A DNA stretch of 64,000 nt from an uncultured Glaciecola sp. (lineage in GTDB: Bacteria; Pseudomonadota; Gammaproteobacteria; Enterobacterales; Alteromonadaceae): positions 1,462 to 65,461 of the forward strand of contig CAKZLI010000059.1 in the NCBI GenBank assembly GCA_937125395.1, given 5' to 3'. How positions within the stretch are numbered: position 1 is the first letter of the stretch; the number at the start of each line of letters is the position of its first letter. The notes beneath the pieces were generated by a model that did not search any database, was not told where the DNA came from, and was given only the letters and a program-made list of their open reading frames with translations. Shown piece by piece: positions 31,779 to 42,226 of this stretch. Both the position numbers and the translations under genes were made by a program.

Positions 31779-32678
31779 TTATTGCTTGAGGGCTGCTGCA
31801 CAATATGCCATCGTCGCTTGCACAAAGCGTTCGGGTGATGTGTCATCCATATTAAAATACAAAGATGGCTCGATCAATTCGACCTCCATTAATTGCCATT
31901 GTGTATCGCTGGGTGCGTGCTCGTTATGGACCAAATCTATGCGCGCATACAGTGAGTGATGTGGTAATTGGCTTAATACAAAGTCGGCGGTGTGACGAAG
32001 GCTAGGCGTTGGTGTGATCGAGTGGAGTTGGCCACCGTGCTCTTCTTGAACGCGAAAATCACCGAGTTTAGGCACTTTTTTGATAGTGTGACTATATTCA
32101 TCATTAAAATAAAATAGCGAGTACTCACCATCGTTTACAACGCTATTTATAAAAGGTTGCACCATGCAATCTGTCTTTTCAAATAACGTATCTAATTGCT
32201 CTTGTTGGTCTTGTAATGCCACCTGATTAAGTCTGAATGTATTATCGGAGTTAGCACTAACTAACGGCTTGATAATAAGTTCATCACAACCAAAATGTTC
32301 AAACTGCGCCGCAATGGTTGCACTGTTCGTTCCAGCATAAAAAACAGATGGAATGATCGTTACACCTTGTTGTTCAAGCTCTTGTAAATACCACTTGGAG
32401 ACGTTCCATTGTAATAAAGCCAAAGGATTGACTAGCAATGTGTCACTTTGATCAATCTGTTGTAAGGTGTTAACAAATTGATCAGCGTCAGTTTGATAAT
32501 CCCACGTACTGCGAACAATAACAGCGTCATACTCATTCCAGTTAACCGGTTGAGCATGCCATGACACGACTTCAACAGCGATCCCTTGTTGTGCAAAAGG
32601 TGCAATTAATAAGTTATCCCAGACAAAATAACCATCAAGGTTGTCAGTAGATAAAAAGGCTATTTTTTTGAGGCTCAT
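31779..32678 (-). CDS. ATP-grasp-like protein (RimK/glutathione-synthetase-like), function unknown
   Basis: 299 aa. A pre-ATP-grasp-like N-terminus (IAFLSTDNLDGY...YDAVIVRSTWDY) is followed by NKWYLQELEQQGV and LIIKP, reminiscent of ATP-grasp ligases. The assignment is tentative. Confidence 0.45.
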   Translation of the reverse strand: MSLKKIAFLSTDNLDGYFVWDNLLIAPFAQQGIAVEVVSWHAQPVNWNEYDAVIVRSTWDYQTDADQFVNTLQQIDQSDTLLVNPLALLQWNVSKWYLQELEQQGVTIIPSVFYAGTNSATIAAQFEHFGCDELIIKPLVSANSDNTFRLNQVALQDQQEQLDTLFEKTDCMVQPFINSVVNDGEYSLFYFNDEYSHTIKKVPKLGDFRVQEEHGGQLHSITPTPSLRHTADFVLSQLPHHSLYARIDLVHNEHAPSDTQWQLMEVELIEPSLYFNMDDTSPERFVQATMAYCAAALKQ

Positions 32679-32756
32679 TGGGGGCTCACTTTAGTTGTAT
32701 AGATACGAAAAAATAATAATGTCAGATAACTAGATTGTAAATGCTAATACACATAA

Positions 32757-33938
32757 CTAAGCATCCATTCCTGCAACATACCCTGAGCTCCACGCCCATT
32801 GGAAGTTATAACCGCCTAACCACCCAGTTACATCGAGCACTTCGCCAATAAAATACAGGCCTTTATGGTCCTTTGCTTCCATTGTTTTAGACGAAAAATG
32901 GTCGGTATTTACCCCTCCCAAAGTGACCTCCGCGGTGCGGTAACCTTCTGTGCCATTAGGTTTGAGTTGCCATTGTTTAAAATACTCAACAATCTCAATG
33001 AGTTGTTTGGCGTGGTATTGCTTCATGGGTTTATTGTCTATGCCAAAATACCCAATTAACTGTGTGGCTAAGCGTTTTGGATACCAGGTAGAAAGCACCG
33101 TAGATAACTGTGTATTAGGTTGGTCATCTTGGGCTTGCTGTAAGGCATGCGCTAAATCCATATTGGGTAATAAATCGATTTCGACGGTGTCACCGGCTTG
33201 CCAAAATGACGAGATCTGTAAAATAGCAGGACCACTGAGTCCACGGTGCGTGAATAAGATCCCTTCATTAAAGCTGGTATGATTGCATGCGGCAGCAGCT
33301 TCAACACTGACACCACTCAGTTCAGCCAAGACTTCTTTATCATGAGTATGCAGGGTAAAGGGGACTAAAGCTGCACGCGTCGGTGTGACTTGCATTCCAA
33401 ATTGCTCTGCAATTTGATAACCAAAAGGAGTAGCACCGAGTTTAGGCATCGACAAGCCACCAGTTGCAACCACTAATGATTCACAGGTGAACTCACCTTG
33501 GCTCGTCGCTAGATGGTAGCCACGTGAGTGTGGGTTAATCGCAAGGATCTCACATGAGGTACTCACGATAACATGATGCTTAGCACACTCAGCTAATAAC
33601 ATCGCAACGATTTGTTTGGCTGAATCATCACAAAATAACTGTCCGAGCGTCTTTTCATGATAGGCAATAGCATACTCGTTTACCAGTCCGATAAAGTCCC
33701 ATTGAGTGTATTGGCTTAGCGCGGATTTACAAAAATGCGGATTGTCACACAAAAAATTCTCGTGCGACGTGTACATGTTAGTAAAATTACATCGACCACC
33801 ACCTGACATGAGGATCTTACGGCCGACTTTTTTGGCATGATCTAATACTTGAACATCTCGCCCTCTGGCAGCAGCAGTTGCAGCACAGAAAAGCCCCGCA
33901 GCTCCAGCCCCAATAATAATTACGTCGCGATGTTGCAT
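32757..33938 (-). CDS. yhiN: YhiN/BaiN-family NAD(FAD)-utilising flavoprotein
   Basis: VIIIGAGAAGLFCA and GRKILMSGGGRCNFTN match the YhiN (HI0933-like) family signature. Confidence 0.85.
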   Translation of the reverse strand: MQHRDVIIIGAGAAGLFCAATAAARGRDVQVLDHAKKVGRKILMSGGGRCNFTNMYTSHENFLCDNPHFCKSALSQYTQWDFIGLVNEYAIAYHEKTLGQLFCDDSAKQIVAMLLAECAKHHVIVSTSCEILAINPHSRGYHLATSQGEFTCESLVVATGGLSMPKLGATPFGYQIAEQFGMQVTPTRAALVPFTLHTHDKEVLAELSGVSVEAAAACNHTSFNEGILFTHRGLSGPAILQISSFWQAGDTVEIDLLPNMDLAHALQQAQDDQPNTQLSTVLSTWYPKRLATQLIGYFGIDNKPMKQYHAKQLIEIVEYFKQWQLKPNGTEGYRTAEVTLGGVNTDHFSSKTMEAKDHKGLYFIGEVLDVTGWLGGYNFQWAWSSGYVAGMDA

Positions 33939-34100
33939 TAATGTCGCCTAGCTCAATAACAAAAACGCTATTATAAAGTGTAAATACTAGATGTACAGGC
34001 AACAAATACAGAACACATCTGGTTTGTGTGGTAAAATACGGCTCGTTAAGTAAGCATTCACTTCATTGAATGCTATTAAATTCAATTATGTGAGTTATAC

Positions 34101-35369
34101 ATGTCAGTCAGTTTTTCTGAATTAGGGTTATCGCCAGAGATATTAAAAGCGATCGCCGATCAAGGTTACACCAATCCATCTCCTATTCAACAGCAAGCTA
34201 TCGGTGCGGTATTAAGTCGCAAAGATGTGATGGCTGCAGCCCAAACCGGAACCGGCAAAACCGGTGCATTTGCATTGCCGATGACGCAAATGTTGAGTCA
34301 AGCGACACAACGTCCATCACCAAACCATATACGTGCGTTGATCTTAACGCCAACACGTGAGTTAGCAGCGCAAGTCGCCCAAAGCGTTTCTGCGTGTCAT
34401 CAATACACGTCGCTTCGTTCAGGTGTAGTATTTGGTGGTGTATCGATCAATCCTCAGATGAAATTATTACGCAATGGTTGTGATATTTTGGTAGCGACGC
34501 CTGGTCGTTTACTTGATTTGTTTCAACAAAATGCAGTCAAATTTGGTCAGATCGAAATGCTAGTCTTGGATGAAGCAGACCGTATGTTAGATATGGGTTT
34601 CATTCATGATATAAAGCGGATCATCAAATTGCTACCTAAGCAACGTCAAAACTTGTTGTTCTCTGCGACGTTTTCAGATGATATTCGTGGCTTAGCAAAG
34701 CAACTCACCAATAATCCTGTTGAGATATCGGTCACTCCCAACAACACGACTGCACCGCTAGTAGAACAAGCGATTGTGCATGTGGCTCAAGGTGATAAAA
34801 CAACCTTATTAGGCAAATTAATCAAAGATAACGATTGGTTTCAAGTATTGGTATTTTCTAGAACCAAACACGGTGCCAACCGCATTGCCAAAAAACTCGA
34901 AGCAAAAGGGATAAAATCCGCAGCTATCCATGGTAACAAAAGCCAAGGGGCTAGAACCAAAGCATTAGCTGAGTTTAAAGCGGGTGAGATAAATGTCTTG
35001 GTAGCAACGGATATTGCTGCACGCGGAATCGATATTGATCAGTTACCTAACGTAATCAACTATGACTTACCGCATGTACCTGAAGATTATGTACATCGAA
35101 TTGGTCGTACTGGTCGAGCAGGCTCTACGGGTCATGCTGTATCGTTTGTGACAGGCGAGGATGTAAAGCAACTTAAAGATATCCAAAACTTAATCGGCGA
35201 GCATATTCAAGTAATGGAAGTCCCTGGATTTTCGTTAGCTGCCCTTCCTCAGGCGCCTTTAAAGAAGCCTAAACCGGCACGTCCTAAGAAGCCTAGAAAC
35301 AGAACACGTAATCGTTCTAATGGCGCAAACAATGCATCAAATGGTCAGCGCTCAACTAACGCTTCATAA
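34101..35369 (+). CDS. rhlE: ATP-dependent DEAD-box RNA helicase RhlE
   Basis: It has the Q motif ([13 protein letters not shown]), [31 protein letters not shown], and a basic C-terminal tail. The N-terminus closely parallels E. coli RhlE. Confidence 0.93.
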   Translation: MSVSFSELGLSPEILKAIADQGYTNPSPIQQQAIGAVLSRKDVMAAAQTGTGKTGAFALPMTQMLSQATQRPSPNHIRALILTPTRELAAQVAQSVSACHQYTSLRSGVVFGGVSINPQMKLLRNGCDILVATPGRLLDLFQQNAVKFGQIEMLVLDEADRMLDMGFIHDIKRIIKLLPKQRQNLLFSATFSDDIRGLAKQLTNNPVEISVTPNNTTAPLVEQAIVHVAQGDKTTLLGKLIKDNDWFQVLVFSRTKHGANRIAKKLEAKGIKSAAIHGNKSQGARTKALAEFKAGEINVLVATDIAARGIDIDQLPNVINYDLPHVPEDYVHRIGRTGRAGSTGHAVSFVTGEDVKQLKDIQNLIGEHIQVMEVPGFSLAALPQAPLKKPKPARPKKPRNRTRNRSNGANNASNGQRSTNAS

Positions 35370-35416
35370 ATTAGTGAACAAGCTAGCATTTAGGTAAATA
35401 CTTAAATGTGTAGCAA

Positions 35417-35446
35417 CAAAAAAGCCACCGTGAGGTGGCTTTTTTA
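35417..35446. terminator. Bidirectional rho-independent terminator between rhlE and arcA
   Basis: AAAAGCCACC-gtga-GGTGGCTTTTTT is a perfect hairpin flanked by an A-run and a T-run, between two convergent genes. Confidence 0.85.
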
Positions 35447-35524
35447 TGGGTACTTAGTTGGCCATTGACCGTCTTGTACATGTTACTTGTTCGGAGTATT
35501 TACAGGTGTAAATAACGAAACGAA

Positions 35525-36232
35525 TTAAGCGTCTACGCTACCACAAAAACGGTAACCTTCACCGTGAATAGTAACAATCAACTCTAACTCACCTAATTCA
35601 GACTCAAAATGCTTACGGATACGTCGAATAGTCACATCAACCGTACGGTCATTCGGACGCAGCTCACGACCTGTCATTTCCATGATCAGTTGCTCACGAG
35701 TCAAAATCTTACCTGGATTATTGAGGAACAAATGCAATGCACGGAATTCACTACGCGGTAAACGGAACTCTTTACTAGATGGAGAGATAAGACTGCGACT
35801 ATCGCCATCTAATGTCCAACCATTAAAGCTGACTCGACTTGGTAAATCTTCATCATCGTTCGCATTTGACGTACGTGTTAATAAATTACGCGCGCGGATA
35901 GTTAATTCGCGAGGATTAAATGGTTTAGTAAGATAATCATCGGCACCGATTTCTAAGCCAAGAATGCGATCGACATCGTTATCACGACCCGTTAAGAAGA
36001 TTAAACCAACATTTTTACGGTCACGTACTTCACGTGCCAAGATCAATCCGTTTTTGCCGGGTAGATTGATGTCCATAATGACGAGATTAATGTTGTTGTT
36101 TTGGAAAAAGTCGTGCATTTGCTGGCCGTCTTCAGCCTCAAATACATTGTATCCTTCAGCTTCAAAAAGGCTTTTTAGCGTTGTACGAGTGACTACTTCA
36201 TCTTCAACAATTAGGATATTTGGCGTTTGCAT
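35525..36232 (-). CDS. arcA: Aerobic respiration control response regulator ArcA
   Basis: [33 protein letters not shown]...[14 protein letters not shown]...[37 protein letters not shown] is near-collinear with E. coli ArcA. It has an OmpR-type winged-helix C-terminus. Confidence 0.93.
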   Translation of the reverse strand: MQTPNILIVEDEVVTRTTLKSLFEAEGYNVFEAEDGQQMHDFFQNNNINLVIMDINLPGKNGLILAREVRDRKNVGLIFLTGRDNDVDRILGLEIGADDYLTKPFNPRELTIRARNLLTRTSNANDDEDLPSRVSFNGWTLDGDSRSLISPSSKEFRLPRSEFRALHLFLNNPGKILTREQLIMEMTGRELRPNDRTVDVTIRRIRKHFESELGELELIVTIHGEGYRFCGSVDA

Positions 36233-36372
36233 GATTATTTACTTATTTTTACGAAAGATTTATTGTTTTAATTATTTAAGAGTTTATCAGAATAATCTAA
36301 AAAATACACAAGTATATATACATTGATGAAATGGTGCTTGACGCGTTTTATTTTGACTGAATACTGTTATTA

Positions 36373-37800
36373 CTATCGAGCGTTTAGGGCACTTTTAAAT
36401 AAAGCGGTAAATTCATTCGCCGCTTTATCCCACGTAAATTTAGTTAACATTGCACGTTTTTGCATAGCCAAAAAACGTTCAGGTTGTTCAATATACAACA
36501 ACAACGCGCGGCGAATACAGACGAGTAGGGCATTAGGTTGGGGAGTTGAAAAAACAAAGCCGGTTGCCGCTTGTGGATTTTGATCCAGCCCGATAACGGT
36601 GTCACTTAACCCCCCCACATTACGGACTATCGGCAAAGTCCCATAAGCAAGCGAGTACATTTGGTTAAGACCACATGGTTCAAACTCTGAGGGCATTAAA
36701 AAGAAATCAGCACCTGCTTCAACTAAATGGGCTAATTTTGGTTCAAAACCGTGAATAAATTTAAACTTGGTTGGATGGACGAGACTCAAATCCGCTAATT
36801 GCTGGCACACATAAGGATCGCCCGTTCCGACGATGGTGAGTTGTAAATTATGCTGCATTAAATCCGCTAAGATGGGAAGTATGTAGGCAAAGCCTTTTTG
36901 TGCAGTCAGTCGACATACCATGCCAATAAGAGGTGTGGCTGGGCTATCGGCAAATCCCGACGCTATCTGTAATGCTTGTTTGCACTGTGCTTTACCGGAC
37001 AAATCATCGACTGAATAATGTGCTGGGATCAATGGATCATTGCTTGGATCCCATTGGCTGTAATCACAACCGTTGAGGATGCCCTTAAGATCAGATGAAC
37101 GATTTTGTAACACTAGGTGCAACCCATGCCCACCTAAATCCGTCAAGATTTCTTGTGCATATGTTGGACTCACCGCTGTTATTTTATCAGCGTGTGCAAT
37201 ACCGATCTTCATCATATTAATGTGCGGATTCACATCAAGATGGAGTGCATCATGATAGGGCTGGATCATCGGGATCTGATCTAATTCAAATGCACCTTGA
37301 AACGCGGCGTTGTGAATAGTGAGTACCGTTTTGGTTTGTGCATAAAAACCTTCGCTAAATTGCGCTTGGTTATGCTTAACAAAAAATGGGACAAGACCAG
37401 TATGCCAGTCATTGCAATGCATAATATCAGGACGAAAATCAGCCGCTTGCAACAAATCAATCACCGCGGCACTAAACAAACCAAAACGTTGACCATTATC
37501 GCTATACGCGATGTTATTCTCAGCGTACAGACCAGCTCGATTAAAGCTTGAATGACCCGCAAGCAAGACTGTTACCGTGCCAAGCTGATAGACATAACGG
37601 GTAAAGGTTTGTCCTGAACTGACGAATTCGCCTTGTTCTACCAATCCCAAATCATTAATTACTTGCTGATATGCAGGCATGACAATAACAACATCATGGC
37701 CTGAGGCGGAATAGGCTAGAGGCAATGCTTTGGCGACATCGGCTAGTCCACCTGTTTTAATGATATCTTCGACTTCAGAGACGATGAATGCAATTTTCAT
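36373..37800 (-). CDS. glgA: Glycogen/starch synthase (GT5, ADP-glucose type)
   Basis: 475 aa. MKIAFIVSEVEDIIKTGGLADVAKALP contains the K-T-G-G-L motif. HCNDWHTGL is present, as is the C-terminal GT-B half (PSEFEPCGLNQMY). Its start overlaps the rsmC stop (ATGA). Confidence 0.85.
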   Translation of the reverse strand: MKIAFIVSEVEDIIKTGGLADVAKALPLAYSASGHDVVIVMPAYQQVINDLGLVEQGEFVSSGQTFTRYVYQLGTVTVLLAGHSSFNRAGLYAENNIAYSDNGQRFGLFSAAVIDLLQAADFRPDIMHCNDWHTGLVPFFVKHNQAQFSEGFYAQTKTVLTIHNAAFQGAFELDQIPMIQPYHDALHLDVNPHINMMKIGIAHADKITAVSPTYAQEILTDLGGHGLHLVLQNRSSDLKGILNGCDYSQWDPSNDPLIPAHYSVDDLSGKAQCKQALQIASGFADSPATPLIGMVCRLTAQKGFAYILPILADLMQHNLQLTIVGTGDPYVCQQLADLSLVHPTKFKFIHGFEPKLAHLVEAGADFFLMPSEFEPCGLNQMYSLAYGTLPIVRNVGGLSDTVIGLDQNPQAATGFVFSTPQPNALLVCIRRALLLYIEQPERFLAMQKRAMLTKFTWDKAANEFTALFKSALNAR

Positions 37801-38861
37801 GAGTGTTTTTTTCTGGCTTTGGTTGCGCTATAAACCGCAAATTTGTTGGTGTTGGTTAACTTGTGACAAGGACCAACATGTTCTTCCAGATTATCGGCAT
37901 AATTTAGGAAGCTATTAGCGACTAACGTTAATTGACCTTGTTCTAGCAAATGCTCCGCAGCTTGAGCAAGAAAGCCATAGGCAATTGAATAATCGGTATT
38001 GACACCAGTGTGGAACGGAGGATTGGTAATGATATGACTAAATTTACCTTCCACATTAGTTAATCCGTTACTGGCAATCACGTCACCCTGGAGGTTGTTT
38101 AAGTGCAATGTGCGCTGGGCACAATACAGACTTAACGCATTGATATCGCTTAATACAAGATGTAACCAGCTTTGCGTTTCACCTTGTTCAGTGCGTTGTG
38201 CGTGTTTGGCACCAATGTAACCGGCAATCACCCCTGCGCCACAAGCAAAATCTAAGATATTGCCTTTTAACTCACTTGGTAAACTGCTGATCAATAACTC
38301 TGTACCCGGATCAAGCGCATCTTGTGAAAAGACACTCGGTAAACCAACAACTTGCCACGTAACTGAATTTAATTGATAGGTTTTGGTGGTAATAAAGTCA
38401 TCTAATACAAATGTCTTTGCGTTGGCTTTGACTGAACCAACAAACAGACCGCAATGTTTGGCTGAATCGACTTTGTTGACCGTATCACAGACTTGCTCAA
38501 GGTGTTTTACGCAGCTTTTGATACCGCTTTTGTTATGCCCAACAATAAAAATTTGTCCTTGCGGGCGCACGACACTGGCAAGGTTCGCTAATATCATACT
38601 TAAATGCGCTTTGACCTTTGGCATGTAAACAATCGCACTGTCATACAAATTATCTGGTTGGGCAAGGTGTGTGTTGAACTCATGCCGAGTAAAATCAGCG
38701 GCATAGGCTTGCTCGTAGATATCATAAAATTGGTGAAATCCAGAGACGTTACTACCGAGTTCATTAAACACCTCAGCATCGTTAGGGTTAACGACGATAA
38801 CATTACCGGATTGAAAATATTCTTGATTACGCAGGACGACCTGACTTTCTGAGCTAAGCAT
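37797..38861 (-). CDS. rsmC: 16S rRNA (guanine1207-N2)-methyltransferase RsmC
   Basis: 354 aa. NKVDSAKHCGLF, LPSVFS, LDFACGAGVI (SAM motif I) and ITNPPFH (motif IV) are collinear with E. coli RsmC. Confidence 0.85.
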   Translation of the reverse strand: MLSSESQVVLRNQEYFQSGNVIVVNPNDAEVFNELGSNVSGFHQFYDIYEQAYAADFTRHEFNTHLAQPDNLYDSAIVYMPKVKAHLSMILANLASVVRPQGQIFIVGHNKSGIKSCVKHLEQVCDTVNKVDSAKHCGLFVGSVKANAKTFVLDDFITTKTYQLNSVTWQVVGLPSVFSQDALDPGTELLISSLPSELKGNILDFACGAGVIAGYIGAKHAQRTEQGETQSWLHLVLSDINALSLYCAQRTLHLNNLQGDVIASNGLTNVEGKFSHIITNPPFHTGVNTDYSIAYGFLAQAAEHLLEQGQLTLVANSFLNYADNLEEHVGPCHKLTNTNKFAVYSATKARKKHS

Positions 38862-39580
38862 TATGTATTTGCACCAAAGATTAAGTCCCAGACACCGTGA
38901 CCTAATTTTTGTCCGCGGACTTCAAATTTGGTGATCGGACGATACTCAGGGCGAGCAACATAATCATTGCTAGCACTGGTGTTGTTAAAGTTAGGCTGTG
39001 CTTGCATCACCTCTAGCATATATTCAGCGTAGGGCTGCCAATCAGTTGCCATGTGCAGTTGACCGCCTGGGGCAAGCTTACTGTGAACTCGTTGCACAAA
39101 CTCGGGTTGCACAATTCTACGTTTGTGATGTTTTTTCTTGTGCCATGGATCTGGGAAAAATAACTGTAAGCGAGTCAATGCGCCATCAGCAATACAATGC
39201 TCTAATACCTCAATCGCATCATGTTCAAATACACGAAGATTGGTGATCTCTGCGGCTTGGGCATCGGCTAAGCAAGCCCCCACACCTGGACGGTGAACTT
39301 CTATACCAATAAAATTCAATTGTGGGGACTGTTGGGCCATTTCGACTAATGATTTGCCCATACCAAAGCCAATCTCAAGTATCACAGGATTAGTATTACC
39401 AAATACCTCAGCTAAATTTAAACGCCCCATGTCAACGGTCAAGCCCATTGTTGGCCAATTATCTTCAAGTGCTCTAGCTTGAGCCGTCGTGAGGCGACCT
39501 TCGCGTTTGACGAAACTTTTGATTTTGGAAATATATACGCCAGCGGCTTGTGCCTCGGCTAAATTTTGGAAACGGGCCAT
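38861..39580 (-). CDS. trmB: tRNA (guanine46-N7)-methyltransferase
   Basis: 239 aa with LEIGFGMG and [15 protein letters not shown]. It is divergent from mutY, as in E. coli. Its stop overlaps the rsmC start (TAATG). Confidence 0.95.
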   Translation of the reverse strand: MARFQNLAEAQAAGVYISKIKSFVKREGRLTTAQARALEDNWPTMGLTVDMGRLNLAEVFGNTNPVILEIGFGMGKSLVEMAQQSPQLNFIGIEVHRPGVGACLADAQAAEITNLRVFEHDAIEVLEHCIADGALTRLQLFFPDPWHKKKHHKRRIVQPEFVQRVHSKLAPGGQLHMATDWQPYAEYMLEVMQAQPNFNNTSASNDYVARPEYRPITKFEVRGQKLGHGVWDLIFGANT

Positions 39581-39696
39581 AAAAATGCTCTGAATATCTT
39601 AATTGTGCGTATTATCCTGTGTTGTGTGTGGAATGTAAAACTTCTCGGGGTTTTTATTTTGTGTAAATACGCTAACATACTGTTTTTATTCTAAAG

Positions 39697-40830
39697 GTGA
39701 TGATAACGATGGCATTTGATTTTGCGCAAACGGCGCTGGCTTGGTTCGATCTGCATGGTCGCAAACATTTGCCGTGGCAACAACATATCAGTGCGTACTC
39801 GGTATGGGTGTCGGAGATCATGCTGCAACAAACTCAAGTCTCTACAGTGATTCCGTATTTTGAACGGTTTATGCAATCGTTTCCTACGATTGAAGCACTT
39901 GCTGATGCGCCACAAGAATCGGTCTTACATCATTGGACGGGACTAGGCTACTATGCTCGTGCGCGCAATCTGCATAAAGCTGCACAGATGATACAGCAAG
40001 AACACGCAGGGGTTTTTCCCTTGCAGATTGAGGACGTGATAGCGTTACCGGGTATCGGGCGCTCTACAGCCGGTGCAATACTGTCCATCGCTGAGCATCA
40101 GATCCATCCAATACTCGATGGCAATGTCAAACGGGTATTGGCGCGTTTTTTTGCAGTGGAGGGGTGGACAGGGACTAAACAAGTTGAAAATCAGTTATGG
40201 GAGTATGCAGATCAATTAACGCCCAAAGAGCGCATCGCTGATTATACTCAAGTGATGATGGATTTAGGCGCGACTTTGTGTACCCGCAGCAAACCAAAAT
40301 GTGATGATTGTCCGTTACAGCATGAATGTTTAGCGAATGCCAGTGGCAGGCAAGCTGAGCTGCCTCACAAAAAGCCCAAAAAATCCATTCCAAGCAAGCA
40401 CACCACGATATTAATCCCGATGCTACATGACAGAGTGTGGATGCAAAAACGTCCTGCTGAGGGCATATGGGGAGGACTATGGTGGTTCGCTGGTGAGTTT
40501 ACGGATAATGAGCAGGCGCTCCCGGAGCCGCTTGATTGTGATGTCCGTCCAACTATGCAATTTGCAGAGCAAACCTATCAGGTGGAGCACTATCAGGCAT
40601 TAGCGAGTTTTAAACATACGTTCAGTCATTTTCATTTGCATATCCAACCTGTGGTAGTATATCTACAACCGCTCGCAAATACGCTAGCGCATGCTGATGT
40701 TGTAGCAGAGTCACACATCCAGTCATTGGATACGACTGAGGCACAATGGGTAGATTTTCGTGAACCTGCTAATATTGGGTTATGTAAACCTGCGATAACC
40801 GTATTTAACCAACTACAGACGATGCTGTAG
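39697..40830 (+). CDS. mutY: A/G-specific adenine DNA glycosylase MutY
   Basis: It has [23 protein letters not shown], the HhH motif [12 protein letters not shown], the Fe-S cluster C-x6-C-x2-C-x5-C ([17 protein letters not shown]), and a NUDIX-like C-terminus. The likely start is the ATG at 39709 (MAFDF...), 8 nt after AAAGGTGA. Confidence 0.95.
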   Translation: MMITMAFDFAQTALAWFDLHGRKHLPWQQHISAYSVWVSEIMLQQTQVSTVIPYFERFMQSFPTIEALADAPQESVLHHWTGLGYYARARNLHKAAQMIQQEHAGVFPLQIEDVIALPGIGRSTAGAILSIAEHQIHPILDGNVKRVLARFFAVEGWTGTKQVENQLWEYADQLTPKERIADYTQVMMDLGATLCTRSKPKCDDCPLQHECLANASGRQAELPHKKPKKSIPSKHTTILIPMLHDRVWMQKRPAEGIWGGLWWFAGEFTDNEQALPEPLDCDVRPTMQFAEQTYQVEHYQALASFKHTFSHFHLHIQPVVVYLQPLANTLAHADVVAESHIQSLDTTEAQWVDFREPANIGLCKPAITVFNQLQTML

Positions 40831-40858
40831 TATTTTTAATTGTATAAGGAAAACCGAC

Positions 40859-41131
40859 ATGGGCAGAACCGTTCATTGTGTTCGTTTAGATAAAGAAGCT
40901 GATGGCTTAGATTTTCAACTGTATCCTGGCGAGTTAGGCAAGCGTATCTTTGATTCTATTTCAAAAGAAGCTTGGACGGACTGGCAAAAGAAACAAACCA
41001 TGCTCATTAATGAGAATAAATTAAACATGATGGAGCCTGAGGCACGTAAATTCCTCGAAGAGCAGATGAATGGCTATTTATTTGAAGGAAAAGAACCAGA
41101 TATCGAAGGATATACTCCTCCGGCTAAATAA
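40859..41131 (+). CDS. yggX: Fe(2+)-trafficking protein YggX
   Basis: 90 aa. [13 protein letters not shown]....[21 protein letters not shown] is nearly identical in pattern to E. coli YggX. It is downstream of mutY, as in E. coli. Confidence 0.95.
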   Translation: MGRTVHCVRLDKEADGLDFQLYPGELGKRIFDSISKEAWTDWQKKQTMLINENKLNMMEPEARKFLEEQMNGYLFEGKEPDIEGYTPPAK

Positions 41132-41218
41132 AAAGCTGTCTGAGAGGCTTGATTTGAGGCAAAAAAGCATCGTTTTGTGCGTTAACTAAACAAATAGTAA
41201 TTAAATGCATAAAAACAG

Positions 41219-41247
41219 TTGACTTGAAGGCCAAAAATCCGTTTAAT
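41219..41247 (+). promoter_or_regulatory. Sigma70 promoter for tRNA-Phe with a GC-rich discriminator
   Basis: TTGACT, a 17-nt spacer, TTTAAT, then ACGCCCC (a stringent-control-type discriminator), ~40 nt upstream of the tRNA 5' end. Confidence 0.55.
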
Positions 41248-41287
41248 ACGCCCCTACTTACGAAGTGCATTGCATTTTTGTCAAGTT

Positions 41288-41363
41288 GCCTCGATAGCTC
41301 AGTTGGTAGAGCAGCGGATTGAAAATCCGCGTGTCCCTGGTTCGATCCCGGGTCGAGGCACCA
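41288..41363 (+). tRNA. pheV: tRNA-Phe (anticodon GAA)
   Basis: 76 nt: GCCTCGA-TA-GCTC-AGTTGGTA-GAGC-A-GCGGA-TTGAAAA-TCCGC-GTGTC-CCTGG-TTCGATC-CCGGG-TCGAGGC-ACCA. The cloverleaf folds by hand, CCA is encoded, and the sequence is close to E. coli tRNA-Phe. Confidence 0.97.
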
Positions 41364-41373
41364 TTATTCTAAG

Positions 41374-41406
41374 AGCCCTGAGCAGAAATGTTCGGGGCTT
41401 TTTTTA
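41374..41406 (+). terminator. Rho-independent terminator after tRNA-Phe
   Basis: The hairpin AGCCCTGAG-cagaaatg-TTCGGGGCT is followed by a TTTTTTTATTT run. Confidence 0.7.
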
Positions 41407-41503
41407 TTTCAGAACCGGTATTGATTCATTCGATTTTGATTGGGTAAGGCGATGAAGATAAGCTGGTAGTTTCGATGTCAATATACTAATGACAACTCAT
41501 TCT

Positions 41504-42058
41504 TCATTTGCATGCATCGAATACTTTTTTAATTGTTGATCTTGCATCTTGTAATGAAAATGATGATTTAGTGGTTCGGTTAGAATAATCGGTTAGTTGT
41601 ACCAAAACTTTCTTTTTTCCAGCCATGATATCTTGTATGAATTCGTGACCCATATCATTGAAGTATAGCCCAGTTTCAGCTGTTAACATTTTTGATTTAA
41701 CAGCCATTTTTTTATCTACTCGATACTGTATATGGCCGGTTGCAGATTCGCCAATAAATGCGCCTGTAGACACTCTCACTTTAAAAACACGCTCAGGTAA
41801 GCAGACAACCTGAATAAAACCTTTTAAATCCTCAGACAAAACCATTGCAAAATGCTTTTCGTCATCGGTAAAATCATCAACATTCTTCTCATAAGTCCAA
41901 TTAATTGGGCCTATTCTAATGTAATCTTTAATATCTTCTGGTAAAGCCATAATGAGATCTTTTTTCATCAGCAAATCATTAAAATTAATGACTTGTGCAC
42001 CCGAAAAAGAAGAGAATGAGAAAAGAAGAACGATTAAAACAAACTTAAACATAAACAC
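41504..42058 (-). CDS. Small secreted protein of unknown function (184 aa)
   Basis: The signal peptide is MFMFKFVLIVLLFSFSSFSGAQ. The mature part has two Cys residues (VVCLPE, DACK at the C-terminus). It is AT-rich like the neighbouring giant gene, and I recognise no family. Confidence 0.55.
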   Translation of the reverse strand: MFMFKFVLIVLLFSFSSFSGAQVINFNDLLMKKDLIMALPEDIKDYIRIGPINWTYEKNVDDFTDDEKHFAMVLSEDLKGFIQVVCLPERVFKVRVSTGAFIGESATGHIQYRVDKKMAVKSKMLTAETGLYFNDMGHEFIQDIMAGKKKVLVQLTDYSNRTTKSSFSLQDARSTIKKVFDACK

Positions 42059-42226
42059 CTTATTCTATTTATATAATATGTTGGAGATTTTTAATTATTT
42101 ATCAATGTTAAGGCACAGTGCCATAAAGGTTTGACAGTCGATATGAGAATCATTTTTTCTGATTTTTAATTTCGAAATGAATGCGTAATATAAGCGATTT
42201 CAAAGTATATTAAAATTATTGAATAG

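Noticed and set aside
35682-36583. ORFs 35682-35936, 35964-36326 and 36323-36583 (+)
   Set aside because: They are antisense to arcA and glgA, or lie in the AT-rich arcA upstream region. No RBS is present and the predicted peptides are odd (Cys/Leu/Phe-rich).
41270-41455. 61-aa ORF overlapping tRNA-Phe
   Set aside because: It reads straight through the tRNA and its terminator, so the tRNA cloverleaf explains the sequence.
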